A stretch of 64,000 nt of DNA from a bacterium (GTDB lineage: Bacteria; UBA8248), in the NCBI GenBank assembly GCA_965199855.1, contig OZ241326.1, positions 2,211,908 to 2,275,907 of the forward strand, in the 5' to 3' direction. Made by a program: the position numbers and the translations under genes. This document shows, piece after piece, positions 1-13,113 of the stretch; position 1 is the first letter of the stretch; every line of letters begins with the position of its first letter. Below the pieces are notes generated by a model. The model was not told the DNA's origin and made no database searches. It saw nothing but the letters and a program-made list of their open reading frames with translations.

Positions 1-465
1 CGCCATGCTCATGTTCTCGGCGCCCGTCCCCTTGGCGGCGAAGTAGAGCTTCAGGCGATCCCCGGCGACGACGCGGTAGTGGATGACGGCGGGCGTGTTG
101 TCCTTCGTGTTCACGCGCCGGAGCGGGTCGTTCACCACCGAGCCGCGCAGGTAGCCGTCCCGGTAGCCCTGGCGAATCCCCTCGTTGATGGCGTCCTCCA
201 GAAGCCCGCCCGTCACGCGGACGTCCTGCCCCAGCTCGACGAACACGATGGAGACGCCCGTGTCCTGGCAGTAGGGCACGCGCTCGGCGGAGGCGAGCGC
301 CGCGTTCTCGGTGATCTGGTCGAGCACCATGAGGCCGAGGGCGGAGGTCTCGCGGCCCTTCGCCTCCTCGACCTTCGCCACGTAGGCGGGATCGACGCGG
401 TAGTTCGACTCGATGGCCATCTCGCGGATCCTGGCCGTCACCTCGCCCGCGTCTATCGTTCGCAT
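1..465 (-). CDS. Fe-S (class I) fumarate hydratase / tartrate dehydratase alpha-type subunit, N-terminal 155 codons; 3' end lies beyond the window
   Basis: Not in the ORF track because it is open to the window edge. Own translation of the reverse strand from ATG (465-463): MRTIDAGEVTARIREMAIESNYRVDPAYVAKVEEAKGRETSALGLMVLDQITENAALASAERVPYCQDTGVSIVFVELGQDV... The PYCQDTG segment and overall pattern match what I recognise from class I fumarase/TtdA alpha domains. Same strand as icd-mdh and downstream of them. Confidence 0.75.
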   Translation of the reverse strand, partial: MRTIDAGEVTARIREMAIESNYRVDPAYVAKVEEAKGRETSALGLMVLDQITENAALASAERVPYCQDTGVSIVFVELGQDVRVTGGLLEDAINEGIRQGYRDGYLRGSVVNDPLRRVNTKDNTPAVIHYRVVAGDRLKLYFAAKGTGAENMSMA

Positions 466-514
466 GGCCCGCCCGTCCCCAAGGCGCTCGCCGCCCGCCG
501 CGGAGGCGGCGCGC

Positions 515-4133
<3,619 letters not shown>

Positions 4134-4259
4134 TCGATATTTCGATTGGGTTGTTGTTCTTTGATACGCCGCTATAATCGGATCGAGCCGATCCTCCAGC
4201 TCGCTTCGGCTGACCAGAAACGCCTTGTTTTCATCGCAGGACCGGCGAAGATTGAAGCC

Positions 4260-6392
4260 TCATGTCCCTCCCGCCTCGACGGCTTCAATGAAGCGGGCGA
4301 GCTCCTCGCCGATGCCTTCCAGCTCGTTATTGTCTGTCGGTCTCCCCGCGGCGTCATAGCCGATATCCCCGGCTACCGCCATGAATACCGGAGAATCGCC
4401 CAATACGCTTCGCTTTCGCTCCGCATATTCCCGCTCCATGGTTTCCCGGAGCGCATCGATTTTTCCCCGGCATTCGGCGCCGACCCGCTTTTTCCATTCC
4501 CTATAGTCTTCGGACAGGCTCAACGCTTTGCCTTCCAGCCCTTCCGGATTGTCAAAGCCTCTGAGTTCCTTGATCCGCCGCTTCTTCTCCGCGTCAATCT
4601 CCCGCAACTGCTCCGGAAAATCATGCTCTTCCCTGATTTCGTCCCGTATCTCCGCTTTCCGGTTGCGGATCTCGGCGGTTGCTTCCGAAGTCCGCTTTTT
4701 CAGGAACAGCACCGAGGTTTTCACCCCCGCCCCTTTCGCCTGAAACGCGGTTTGGGGCATGGACGCCACCGCCACGAGGCGGAAATTCTCCTCCATGCCC
4801 TCCCGCGCGTATTGGAGGCTGGAGTTGGTCAGGATGCCGTCGGGTATGACGATCGCCAGATAGCCTCCCTCGGCGAGAAACCTGTGGCATTGCTCGATAA
4901 ACAGAATTTCGGAGCTCTGGCTGTCCCGGACTGTTTCCTTGCTCTTCGGGTTCAGCCAGTCGGCTTTCTTGAGCGCGTAATCGTAGTGGCGCATGTAGGC
5001 TTGCTCGGTTCGCTTGATCTGGGAGCCGAACGGCGGATTCGTGATGATGAAGTGGAAGCGTCCGTAAACGAATCCGTTGTTTCTCGTGAGAGAAAAAATA
5101 TCGTCAGCGGACATCAGCCCGTCGGCGGCGATCACGTTCGTATGGCCGTCATCGTGGAGAATCATGTTCATCTTGGCGGTTCTGGCGATTCGATCGTTGA
5201 TTTCGATGCCGAATATGTTTTTTTCCGCGAAGCTGCGCCAGTGCCTGTCATAGTCTCTTGATTCCGCCAGATCTGCTTCAAAATTCGGATAGTATTCACT
5301 CGCCTGCCGCCTGACCTTGTCAAGCGCGTGAAGCAGAAACCCGCCGCTGCCGCAGGAGGTATCCAGAACCAGCGAGTCATTGGTTATCGGCAGCGCGTCC
5401 ACGATGAACTTCACGATGGGGCGAGGGGTGAAGAACTGCCCGAACTCTCCACGAAAATAAGAACCCATGAAAGTTTCAAAGGCCTTGCCCCTGCTGTCCA
5501 GATCGGTTTTTCCAAAATCGACGCCTTCCAGATAGCCGACGACGGTGCGCAACTTTTCGCAGCCGAGGCGAATATCCTCCTGAAAGACTTCGGGGTCTTT
5601 TTGCCGCCCCTCGGCATACAGGGCGCGGACGCGCTTTTGCAGTCCCTTGTTCGTCTTGTCTTCCGTGCTTTCGGTGAACACCTGAAAATCGTAGGGTTCC
5701 CCCTTTCTCCTGGGCTTTTTCTCGTCCCACATTTTGCAGAAAATCAGCTTGTTCAACTCGTCGAAGGCTAGCGAGGGGTCGAGTTGCCCACCCCCCCAAA
5801 GCGCCTGATGCGCCTGTCTGAACCTTCTCGTCAGCGCGTCTTCCGTTATGGCTTCGAGCTCGAACAGCCTTTGTCCGTTGGCGGAACCCCCGCCCCGGGC
5901 GTATTTGAACCTGGCGAGCCGGCTGACGCCGTATTGCGGGATATCGGGAATGGGCAAGCGCTTCTTCGGCTCTTTTTCGGGAATCTCGAAGCAGGCGTCT
6001 TTTATTCGGGAGGTTACCCAGAAATACCTGGCCCGGACTGTTCCCGTGGCGGCGTAGCTGAAAGCCTGGGCGACGGCCTGCTCGAACTCGGCTTCGGAGA
6101 CGTCCTCCGCCTTGCACTCGACGACGATATGGGCGGATTCACGCTCATCGTCGTTATAGACGATAATATCCGCCTCTCTGGTGTCCGCGCCGATTTTTAC
6201 CGGAACGAACTGCTCTATGCGCTCCGGGGCGTAGCGATAAACCAGAACCAGTTTGAGGAACGTCTCCGCCTGGACGGACTCTTCCGGCCGCGCGTAATTT
6301 CGCCTCTTGCCCTGGCGAACGTAGGTGATGTATTTCCCGTCGTCATCAAACGCGATCAAGCCTTTGTCTATTCCTTCGCGCAACAGATCCAT
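4260..6392 (-). CDS. hsdM: N6-adenine DNA methyltransferase (HsdM-like) with N-terminal HsdR_N / PD-(D/E)XK-like domain
   Basis: 710 aa. Has SAM motif I VLDTSCGSGGFL and catalytic motif IV IITNPPFG. The extra ~170-aa N-terminus carries a D...E-x-K signature (EADIIVY...HIVVECK). Directly upstream of hsdS and in the same reading frame. AT-richer than the flanks. Confidence 0.85.
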   Translation of the reverse strand: MDLLREGIDKGLIAFDDDGKYITYVRQGKRRNYARPEESVQAETFLKLVLVYRYAPERIEQFVPVKIGADTREADIIVYNDDERESAHIVVECKAEDVSEAEFEQAVAQAFSYAATGTVRARYFWVTSRIKDACFEIPEKEPKKRLPIPDIPQYGVSRLARFKYARGGGSANGQRLFELEAITEDALTRRFRQAHQALWGGGQLDPSLAFDELNKLIFCKMWDEKKPRRKGEPYDFQVFTESTEDKTNKGLQKRVRALYAEGRQKDPEVFQEDIRLGCEKLRTVVGYLEGVDFGKTDLDSRGKAFETFMGSYFRGEFGQFFTPRPIVKFIVDALPITNDSLVLDTSCGSGGFLLHALDKVRRQASEYYPNFEADLAESRDYDRHWRSFAEKNIFGIEINDRIARTAKMNMILHDDGHTNVIAADGLMSADDIFSLTRNNGFVYGRFHFIITNPPFGSQIKRTEQAYMRHYDYALKKADWLNPKSKETVRDSQSSEILFIEQCHRFLAEGGYLAIVIPDGILTNSSLQYAREGMEENFRLVAVASMPQTAFQAKGAGVKTSVLFLKKRTSEATAEIRNRKAEIRDEIREEHDFPEQLREIDAEKKRRIKELRGFDNPEGLEGKALSLSEDYREWKKRVGAECRGKIDALRETMEREYAERKRSVLGDSPVFMAVAGDIGYDAAGRPTDNNELEGIGEELARFIEAVEAGGT

Positions 6393-6742
6393 TCGCTTCT
6401 CATTTTCAGGAGGGGCTCGACACTATACGGGGGACGGGAGGGCGGATTCGACCATGCCATGAAAGCGAACCCGGTCGCCCCTTCCATATCACGTTCGCGC
6501 GGCTGACGCCAACCCGATCGGCGGAAATTTTCGATTCCGATGGAGTTTCGCCCCTCGGCTGTGGTAGGGTGGCCGCGCGTCAGCGGGAGGCGCCGCCCTT
6601 GCTCTCGTCACAGCCGCTTCCCGGTTCTTCGCCCGCGAAACGGCGAACCGGCCCGAAAGGCCCGCCGCCCGCGCGCCGATGAGCAAAGTCCGCAGAATCA
6701 ACCCGTTGCGCTCTCCTCCCCCGGCCCGAGGCACGGCCCGCC

Positions 6743-7573
6743 ATGACGCGCCCCGCCAGACGAAGGCTCGGCCAGCATTTCCTGCACGAGAAGAGGTATC
6801 TCTCGCAAATCATTGATTTGGCTGAAATCGCGCCTGGAGAGGACGTGCTGGAAATCGGCGTCGGCGAAGGGGCGCTCACGCGCTTCCTCCTTGACGCGGG
6901 CGCGCGCGTCCACGGCGTGGAGATAGACGACGCGCTCATCCCCCCCCTGCGCTCCCTCGAAGCCGCCAGCGAGCGCTTCCGCCTGATTCACGCAGACGCC
7001 CTCGCCCTCGACTACGACGCGTTGCCCGCCAGGATGAAGGTGGCGGCGAACCTTCCCTACCAAATCGCATCAGGCATCATCCTGCAACTCATTGAAAAAT
7101 ATGAGAAATTTCCCTTCATGATCCTCATGGCGCAGCGCGAGGCGGGCGAGCGGATCTGCGCGGAGCCGGGCGGGAAGGACTACGGCGCGCTCACCCTGCG
7201 GGTGGGCTACCGCTTCGAGGCGCGGCTGTGCGGGACGGTTCCTCCGGGGGCGTTCCGCCCCCCGCCCGGGGTGGATTCCGCCCTCGTCCGCCTCAAGGCG
7301 AGAGAAGCCCCCCAGGTGGAGGTGGGGGACGAGAGCCTCTATTTCCGGCTCATCCGGGCGGGCTTCGCCCACCGCAGAAAGACGCTGCTCAACAATCTCA
7401 GGTCGCTGGATTCGGGCGGGCTTGAGAAAGGAGAGCGCCGGGGCTTGCGCCCGGAGGACTGGCGAGGTCTCCTCGAAGGGCTGGGAATCGACCCCGGAAG
7501 GCGCGCCGAGACCCTCTCGGCCGGCGAGTTCGCGCGAATCGCCCGCGCCGTCGAGTCGAGGGGGCGGCCTTGA
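6743..7573 (+). CDS. rsmA: 16S rRNA (adenine1518/1519-N6)-dimethyltransferase
   Basis: 276 aa. Contains RRRLGQHFL and VLEIGVGEGALT (SAM motif), plus NLPYQIAS, all typical of KsgA/RsmA. Confidence 0.92.
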   Translation: MTRPARRRLGQHFLHEKRYLSQIIDLAEIAPGEDVLEIGVGEGALTRFLLDAGARVHGVEIDDALIPPLRSLEAASERFRLIHADALALDYDALPARMKVAANLPYQIASGIILQLIEKYEKFPFMILMAQREAGERICAEPGGKDYGALTLRVGYRFEARLCGTVPPGAFRPPPGVDSALVRLKAREAPQVEVGDESLYFRLIRAGFAHRRKTLLNNLRSLDSGGLEKGERRGLRPEDWRGLLEGLGIDPGRRAETLSAGEFARIARAVESRGRP

Positions 7574-8475
7574 GCGGCGGAATCCTGATCTACCGCATGG
7601 GGGCGTTCGGGGACACGCTCCTGCTCGCGCCGCTGCTCGGACGCCTGCGGGAGGCGCGCCCGGGCGTTCGCCTCACCCTGGCGGCGAACCCCGCATACGC
7701 CGCTCCCCTGCTCGACGCGGGGCTGGCGGAGGAGATTCTGGACGGGGGCGCGCCTCCCTTTCATCTTCTCTATGACGGGCGGCCATCGGAGAACGACGCG
7801 CTCGCCCGGCTCATCCGGCGGCATGACGCCTGCGTCTTCTACACCGCCGACCGCTCGGGAGAGCTGGCGAGGCGGCTGCGTTCATCGAGGCCGGAGAAAT
7901 GCCGCGTCCACCCCCCTTTCCCGCCGGAGGGGGAGAGCGTTCACGTCTGCGCGTGGATGACGCGGGCGTGGCCCGGCCTGAGCGCGTCCGCGCCTGAAAG
8001 CATGAAGCTGACGCCTTCGGAAAACAGCCTGTCTGAGGCGGACAACCTATTGAAAAAAAATGGCTTGCGACCTTCCCGCTTCTTCATCCTCCATCCCGGC
8101 GGAGGGGGCGAGAGAAAATGGCCGCCGCCCGACGTTCTCGCGGAGATGGGCCGCGCCCTCGCGCGCGAAACGGGGCATCAGCCGGTCGTGGCGGAAGGGC
8201 CGGCGGATTCGATCGCCAGCGAGAATTTCCAGAAGCTCCCGGGCGCGCCCCTGCCGGTCCTCAGGGAAACGCCGCCCGTCATCCTGGGCGCCCTGCTCTC
8301 GAGGTCGTCCGGGTATATCGGGGGCGATTCCGGCGTCTCCCATCTCGCCTCTCTCTACGCGCCGCGCGCCTCGATACTGTATGGCCCCCATTCCGACATG
8401 AGGGTCTGGCGACCGATAGGCTCCCGAACGCGCTGCCTGTCCTGGGAGGCGGAGCGGAGGAGCGCGTTCGGGTGA
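7570..8475 (+). CDS. glycosyltransferase family 9 (heptosyltransferase-like)
   Basis: 301 aa. The TTG start overlaps the rsmA stop (TTGA). N-terminus ILIYRMGAFGDTLLLAPLL and ILHPGGGGERKWP resemble the GT9 ADP-heptose transferase pattern. Confidence 0.75.
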   Translation: MSGGILIYRMGAFGDTLLLAPLLGRLREARPGVRLTLAANPAYAAPLLDAGLAEEILDGGAPPFHLLYDGRPSENDALARLIRRHDACVFYTADRSGELARRLRSSRPEKCRVHPPFPPEGESVHVCAWMTRAWPGLSASAPESMKLTPSENSLSEADNLLKKNGLRPSRFFILHPGGGGERKWPPPDVLAEMGRALARETGHQPVVAEGPADSIASENFQKLPGAPLPVLRETPPVILGALLSRSSGYIGGDSGVSHLASLYAPRASILYGPHSDMRVWRPIGSRTRCLSWEAERRSAFG

Positions 8476-8558
8476 CGGCGCGATCGGCGCGCGTCGGGAG
8501 ATTTCCCGTCCCGCGGCGTTCATTCCGGCGGGGAGAGACTGCCGCGGCGCGGCGGGCC

Positions 8559-9269
8559 TCAGCCGAGGATGTTCGCCAGCCTGCCCCAGCGCGGCGAGCC
8601 CGAATCCCCGTTCCATGACCAGTAGATCATGAAGGCGGAGCCCCGAATCTTGTCGTCCCAGCAGGGCGCGGACCACAGCGAGCAGGGAAAGGGCAGGCCG
8701 AAGGAGTAATCCCAAAAGCGTATGGGGATGTGATCCGCGCGCTCGCCCACCTTCAGAAAGCCCCAGAAGCGGCTGTCCTGGCTGTTGTTGCGGTTGTCGC
8801 CCAGCATGAAGAGGTGGCCCGGCGGGACCTTGCGGGGGCCCCATTCGCTCTCGAGGCTCCCGGCGGCGCCGTTGGGCTTGAAGCGCGCGTATTTCTCCTC
8901 CAGCGGCTCGCAGTTTCGGGGCGCGTCCGGCGTCGCGCAGTTGATGAAGACCCTTTTTCCGCGAACCATCACCACCTCGCCCGGCAGCGCGACCACCCGC
9001 TTGATGAAGTCCCGCCGCTCATCCTTGGGAAAGCGGAACACGATGATGTCCCCGCGCCTCGGCTTCCGCAGCCAGTAGATGAACTTGTTGACGAGTATGT
9101 GGTCTCCGACGAGGAGGGTGTTCTCCATGGAGCCGGAGGGTATCTTGAACGCCTGCACGACGAAGGCGCGCACGAACAGCGCCAGCAGCAGGGCGATGAC
9201 GATCGCCTCGGCGTATTCCCGAAAAACGGATTTCGACTTTCGCCCGCGCCCCGCCTTCTCGTCCGACAC
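8559..9269 (-). CDS. lepB: signal peptidase I
   Basis: 236 aa. Has a TM anchor, then the catalytic Ser box IPSGSMENTL, the Lys box RGDIIVFRFP...KRVVALPGE, and GDNRNNSQDSRFWGF. Confidence 0.93.
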   Translation of the reverse strand: MSDEKAGRGRKSKSVFREYAEAIVIALLLALFVRAFVVQAFKIPSGSMENTLLVGDHILVNKFIYWLRKPRRGDIIVFRFPKDERRDFIKRVVALPGEVVMVRGKRVFINCATPDAPRNCEPLEEKYARFKPNGAAGSLESEWGPRKVPPGHLFMLGDNRNNSQDSRFWGFLKVGERADHIPIRFWDYSFGLPFPCSLWSAPCWDDKIRGSAFMIYWSWNGDSGSPRWGRLANILG

Positions 9270-9273
9270 GCCC

Positions 9274-11076
9274 CTACTCCTTGCCCACGTCCAGAACCGC
9301 CATGAACGCCTCCTGGGGCACCTCGACGGTGCCGATGTTCTTCATGCGCTTCTTGCCCTCGCGCTGCTTTTCCAGCAACTTTCGCTTCCGCGTAATGTCG
9401 CCGCCGTAGCATTTCGCCGTAACGTCCTTCCGCAGCGCGCGAATCGTCTCCCGCGCGATCACCCGGTTGCCGACCGCCGCCTGAATGACCACCTCGAACA
9501 TCTGCTTCGGGATGATCTCCTTCATCTTCCGCACCAGCGCGCGGCCGTGATAATAGGCCTTCTCCTTGTGGATGATGGTGGAAAACGGGTCGATGGGCTG
9601 TCCGTTCAGCAGGACGTCCAGCTTCACCATCTCCGCCGGACGGTAGTCGAGGCGCTCGTAGTCGAAACTCGCGTATCCCCGGGAGGCGGACTTCAGCTTG
9701 TCGTAGAAATCGAAGAGTATCTCGCTGAAGGGCAGCTCATAGACGATCTGCACGGTATTCGTATCGATGTATTCCATGGAGCGCTGCGCGCCGCGCTTCT
9801 CCTGCGCCAGCCTGAGAACGCCGCCCACGTATTCGGCGGGCGCGAGGATGGTGCCCAGAATGAAGGGCTCCTCGATGGCCTCGATTCTCGACAGTTCGGG
9901 CAGCTTCGCGGGACTGTCGATTTCCGCGACCGTCGAATCGCTCAGCAGGACGCGGAAAATCACCGTCGGCGCCGTGATGATGAGCGTGAGGTCGTATTCG
10001 CGCTCGAGCCTCTCGCGGATGATCTCCATGTGCAGAAGCCCCAGGAACCCGCACCGGAAGCCGAACCCCAGAGCGACCGAGGTTTCCGGCTCGTAGGTGA
10101 AGGCCGAATCGTTGAGCCGGAGCTTCTCCAGCGCCGTCCTCAAGTCCTCATACTCGGCGCTGTCCGCCGCATACAGGCCGCTGTAGACCATCGCCTTCGG
10201 CTCCCGGAAGCCCTGAATGGCCTCGCGCGCGGGGTTTTTCGCCAGCGTGATGGTGTCGCCCACCCGGGTGTCGCTCACCTCCCGTATCGAAGCGGACAGG
10301 ATGCCCACCTCGCCCGGCCCGATTTCCTCTCTCCTGATCTCGCGGGGCGTGAACGCGCCCAGACTCAGCACCTGGTATTCCTTGCCGGTGGCCATGAAGC
10401 GGACGCCGTCGCCCTTGCGAATGGTTCCCTCGAACATGCGAAACAGCGGGATGGCGCCCTGGTAGGAATCATACCAGGAATCTATCACGAGCCCCCGCGG
10501 GGAGGCTTCCGGCTCTCCGCCCGGAGGCGGAATCCGCTCCACGATCGCCTCGAGGAGCGCGTCCACGCCCTCCCCCTGCTTCGCGCTCACCGTCAGGCAC
10601 TCCTCCGCGGCGATGCCGATGACGTCCTCCACCTGCCGCATCACGCGATCGGGGTCGGCCGCCGGCAGGTCGATCTTGTTGATCACCGGTATGATGACCA
10701 AGTCCTGCTCCAGCGCCAGATAGGCGTTCGCCATCGTCTGCGCCTGGATGCCCTGGGTGGCGTCAACGAGCAGCAGGGCGCCCTCGCAGGCCTGGAGGCT
10801 TCGGGAAACCTCGTAGCTGAAGTCCACGTGGCCGGGCGTATCGATGAGGTTGAAGACGTATTCCCCGCCCTTCGGCGACCTGTAGAGGATGCGGACCGTG
10901 GCCGCCTTGATGGTGATGCCCCGCTCCTGCTCCAGCGCCATCGAATCCAGCACCTGGGAGGACATCTCGCGCTCTGAAAGCGCTCCCGTCGTTTCGAGAA
11001 TGCGATCCGCCAGGGTGGATTTTCCATGGTCGATATGCGCGATGATGGAAAAGTTTCTGATTCTCTCGATGCTCAC
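9274..11076 (-). CDS. lepA: translation elongation factor 4
   Basis: 600 aa. Contains [22 protein letters not shown] (G1), DTPGHVDF (G3) and the LepA-specific C-terminus. Immediately upstream of lepB, the conserved lepA-lepB order. Confidence 0.96.
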   Translation of the reverse strand: MSIERIRNFSIIAHIDHGKSTLADRILETTGALSEREMSSQVLDSMALEQERGITIKAATVRILYRSPKGGEYVFNLIDTPGHVDFSYEVSRSLQACEGALLLVDATQGIQAQTMANAYLALEQDLVIIPVINKIDLPAADPDRVMRQVEDVIGIAAEECLTVSAKQGEGVDALLEAIVERIPPPGGEPEASPRGLVIDSWYDSYQGAIPLFRMFEGTIRKGDGVRFMATGKEYQVLSLGAFTPREIRREEIGPGEVGILSASIREVSDTRVGDTITLAKNPAREAIQGFREPKAMVYSGLYAADSAEYEDLRTALEKLRLNDSAFTYEPETSVALGFGFRCGFLGLLHMEIIRERLEREYDLTLIITAPTVIFRVLLSDSTVAEIDSPAKLPELSRIEAIEEPFILGTILAPAEYVGGVLRLAQEKRGAQRSMEYIDTNTVQIVYELPFSEILFDFYDKLKSASRGYASFDYERLDYRPAEMVKLDVLLNGQPIDPFSTIIHKEKAYYHGRALVRKMKEIIPKQMFEVVIQAAVGNRVIARETIRALRKDVTAKCYGGDITRKRKLLEKQREGKKRMKNIGTVEVPQEAFMAVLDVGKE

Positions 11077-11362
11077 GGCCGGGAAAAATCTCTCAGGGAA
11101 GGCGAATGGCGCGAATGCCGGAACCGCGTGACGTCAGCTGAAAGCACCGCCCCTCACCTTCGGTTCCCGCGCGGATGACGAAAAGCGACGCCGAAAGAGG
11201 CGCTGAACCCCCCGGCATCGGGCGAACACGCTATATCAGACTTCTCCGCGCCCGGTCAAATGGATTGCCCCCCGGGAACGCGCGGTGCTAGGATGCGCGA
11301 AGGGGCGCGCCTCGCTCACCCGCGCGCATTTCGCACCCGACGGAGCGGGATACCTTCAGCCC

Positions 11363-12760
11363 ATGCGTCGCCGCGGCCGAGACACCCTCATCCGCTTTTC
11401 CCTGCTGTCCGCCTTCGTCCTGTGCGCGCCGCCCGCGTCGGCGGAGAAGGAGCGCCCCTTCGGCGGACGCCTCATCATCGAAGCGGTCAGGAAGCTGCGG
11501 CCCTCCGTCGCGCATATCCGCGCGAAGCCGGGAGGCGCCGCGGCGAATCCCCTGCTCGACTTCTTCGGCAGGGGCAGGCGAAGGGAGGGCCCGCCCCGGT
11601 TCGATCAGGACGAGGCCGCCTACGGCGTAGGCGCGGGGATCATCGTCTCGAAAGAAGGGCACATCCTGACGAACCACCACGTCGTCAGGAACGCCCAGGA
11701 GATTCTGGTCAAACTCCACCGGGGCGAGGAATTCCCGGCCCGCCTGCTCGGCGTGGACGAGAAAACCGACCTCGCCCTCCTGAAGATCAAGCCTCCCGCG
11801 GACCTCCGGCCGGCAACTCTCGGCGATTCCGACAAAGCGGAGGTCGGCCAGTGGGTTCTGGCGATCGGCAGCCCTTTCGGCCTGGCGAATTCCGTATCCG
11901 TAGGCGTCATCAGCGGCAAGGAGCGGGATTTGAAGGAAGGCCCCTTTGACGAGTATCTCCAGACGGACGCCTCCATCAACCCGGGCAATTCCGGCGGGCC
12001 GCTCGCCGACGCGAAAGGCGCCGTCATCGGCGTCAACACGGCGATATTCTCCCGCGGCTCGCGCGCCTGGAGCCTGGGCGTCGGCTTCGCCATTCCGATA
12101 AACCAGGCCAGGGCCGTCATCGACTCCCTGCGCCACAGGGGCTATCCGATACGGGGCCGGCTGGGGGCGGCCGTGGCCGCCGTCCCCCCGAAGGAGGGGA
12201 AAGACCTGGGGCTGGCCCGCTCCCAGGGCGCGAAGCTCGCCGAGGTCGCGCGCGGCGGCCCCGCCCACCACGCCGGCCTGCGCCGGGGGGACGTGGTGGT
12301 CGAATTCGACGGCAAGCCGGTGAGCACCTGGCAGAGCCTTCCCCGCATCGTCGCCCGCGCGAAGCCGGATTCCCTCGTCCAGGTGAAGTTTTACCGCGAA
12401 AAGCGCCTGGAGAGCGTCTATGTCCGCCTGGGGAGCCGGCCCGAGGCGCCGCATTCCCGAAAGACGCCGGGCCGGACGAGCCTGGGCATGAAGGTCGAGG
12501 CGCTCACCCCGCACCTCGCCCGCCGCTTCGGGCTGGATTACGGCGAGAGCAAACTGGTGGTTTCCTCGATTCTGCGGGGCGGGGCGGCGGAGCGCGGCGG
12601 AATCAGGCCGGGCGACGAGATAGCGGAAGCGAACCACAAGCCCGTCCGGACGATAGAGGAGCTTCGGGAGGCCATCGACGCGTCCCGGCTCGACGGCTTC
12701 GTCCTCCTCCTTCTCAAGCGAAAAGGAACCAACCTCTTCGCCGCCCTCCAAATCAAATAG
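11363..12760 (+). CDS. periplasmic serine endoprotease, DegP/HtrA (Do) family
   Basis: ORF 11285..12760. I prefer ATG 11363 because it gives a signal peptide (MRRRGRDTLIRFSLLSAFVLCAPPASA). Catalytic triad contexts are HILTNHHVV, TDLALLKI and GNSGGPL, followed by two PDZ-like segments. Confidence 0.9.
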   Translation: MRRRGRDTLIRFSLLSAFVLCAPPASAEKERPFGGRLIIEAVRKLRPSVAHIRAKPGGAAANPLLDFFGRGRRREGPPRFDQDEAAYGVGAGIIVSKEGHILTNHHVVRNAQEILVKLHRGEEFPARLLGVDEKTDLALLKIKPPADLRPATLGDSDKAEVGQWVLAIGSPFGLANSVSVGVISGKERDLKEGPFDEYLQTDASINPGNSGGPLADAKGAVIGVNTAIFSRGSRAWSLGVGFAIPINQARAVIDSLRHRGYPIRGRLGAAVAAVPPKEGKDLGLARSQGAKLAEVARGGPAHHAGLRRGDVVVEFDGKPVSTWQSLPRIVARAKPDSLVQVKFYREKRLESVYVRLGSRPEAPHSRKTPGRTSLGMKVEALTPHLARRFGLDYGESKLVVSSILRGGAAERGGIRPGDEIAEANHKPVRTIEELREAIDASRLDGFVLLLLKRKGTNLFAALQIK

Positions 12761-12804
12761 CGCCTTCAGGACAGGCCCGGGCCGGCGCCCGCCGAACGGA
12801 CGGC

Positions 12805-13113
12805 TTTCGCAGGGACAACCCCCGTGGTTGTCCCTCGCCGCGTTCGCGTCCCGACGACGCGCAACCATCCCGTAGGGGGCGTTCGGGAACGCCCCGCCGC
12901 CGCCGATGCGAATCTTTCCTGAAAACGGGCGGCCCCGGGGCCCCGCCCTTGCGGAACCGGCGCCCATGGGCGACCCACCCAAACGGGCGGTTCCCGAATT
13001 GCGGGGCGGCCTCGGGGAGGGGTCGCCCCTACGGAACCGTCGCCATCTCCCGCCGTCATTCCGGCGAAGGCCGGAATCCAGGGGATTGTGATCGTTCCCC
13101 ATCGTCAATGAGA
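12805..13113. repeat. cluster of GC-rich REP-like hairpins (outside the large inverted repeat)
   Basis: Perfect short palindromes read directly: 12811-12835 AGGGACAACC-cccgt-GGTTGTCCCT; 12876-12895 GGGGCGTTC..GAACGCCCC; 13058-13077 ATTCCGGC-gaag-GCCGGAAT. Several are flanked by CGTAG/CTACG. No credible ORF. Confidence 0.7.

Noticed and set aside
6393-6742. 350-nt gap between hsdM and rsmA containing ORFs 6489..6734(-), 6540..6746(+) and 6580..6939(-).
   Set aside because: The translations are low-complexity Arg/Ala/Pro strings that overlap each other. There are no motifs and no tRNA-like cloverleaf. It is probably the junction/promoter region of the islet.
11285-11362. Upstream extension of the DegP-like ORF (track start 11285).
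   Set aside because: The extension (MLGCAKGRASLTRAHFAPDGAGYLQP) precedes a perfect signal peptide that begins at ATG 11363. The longer form would bury that signal sequence.
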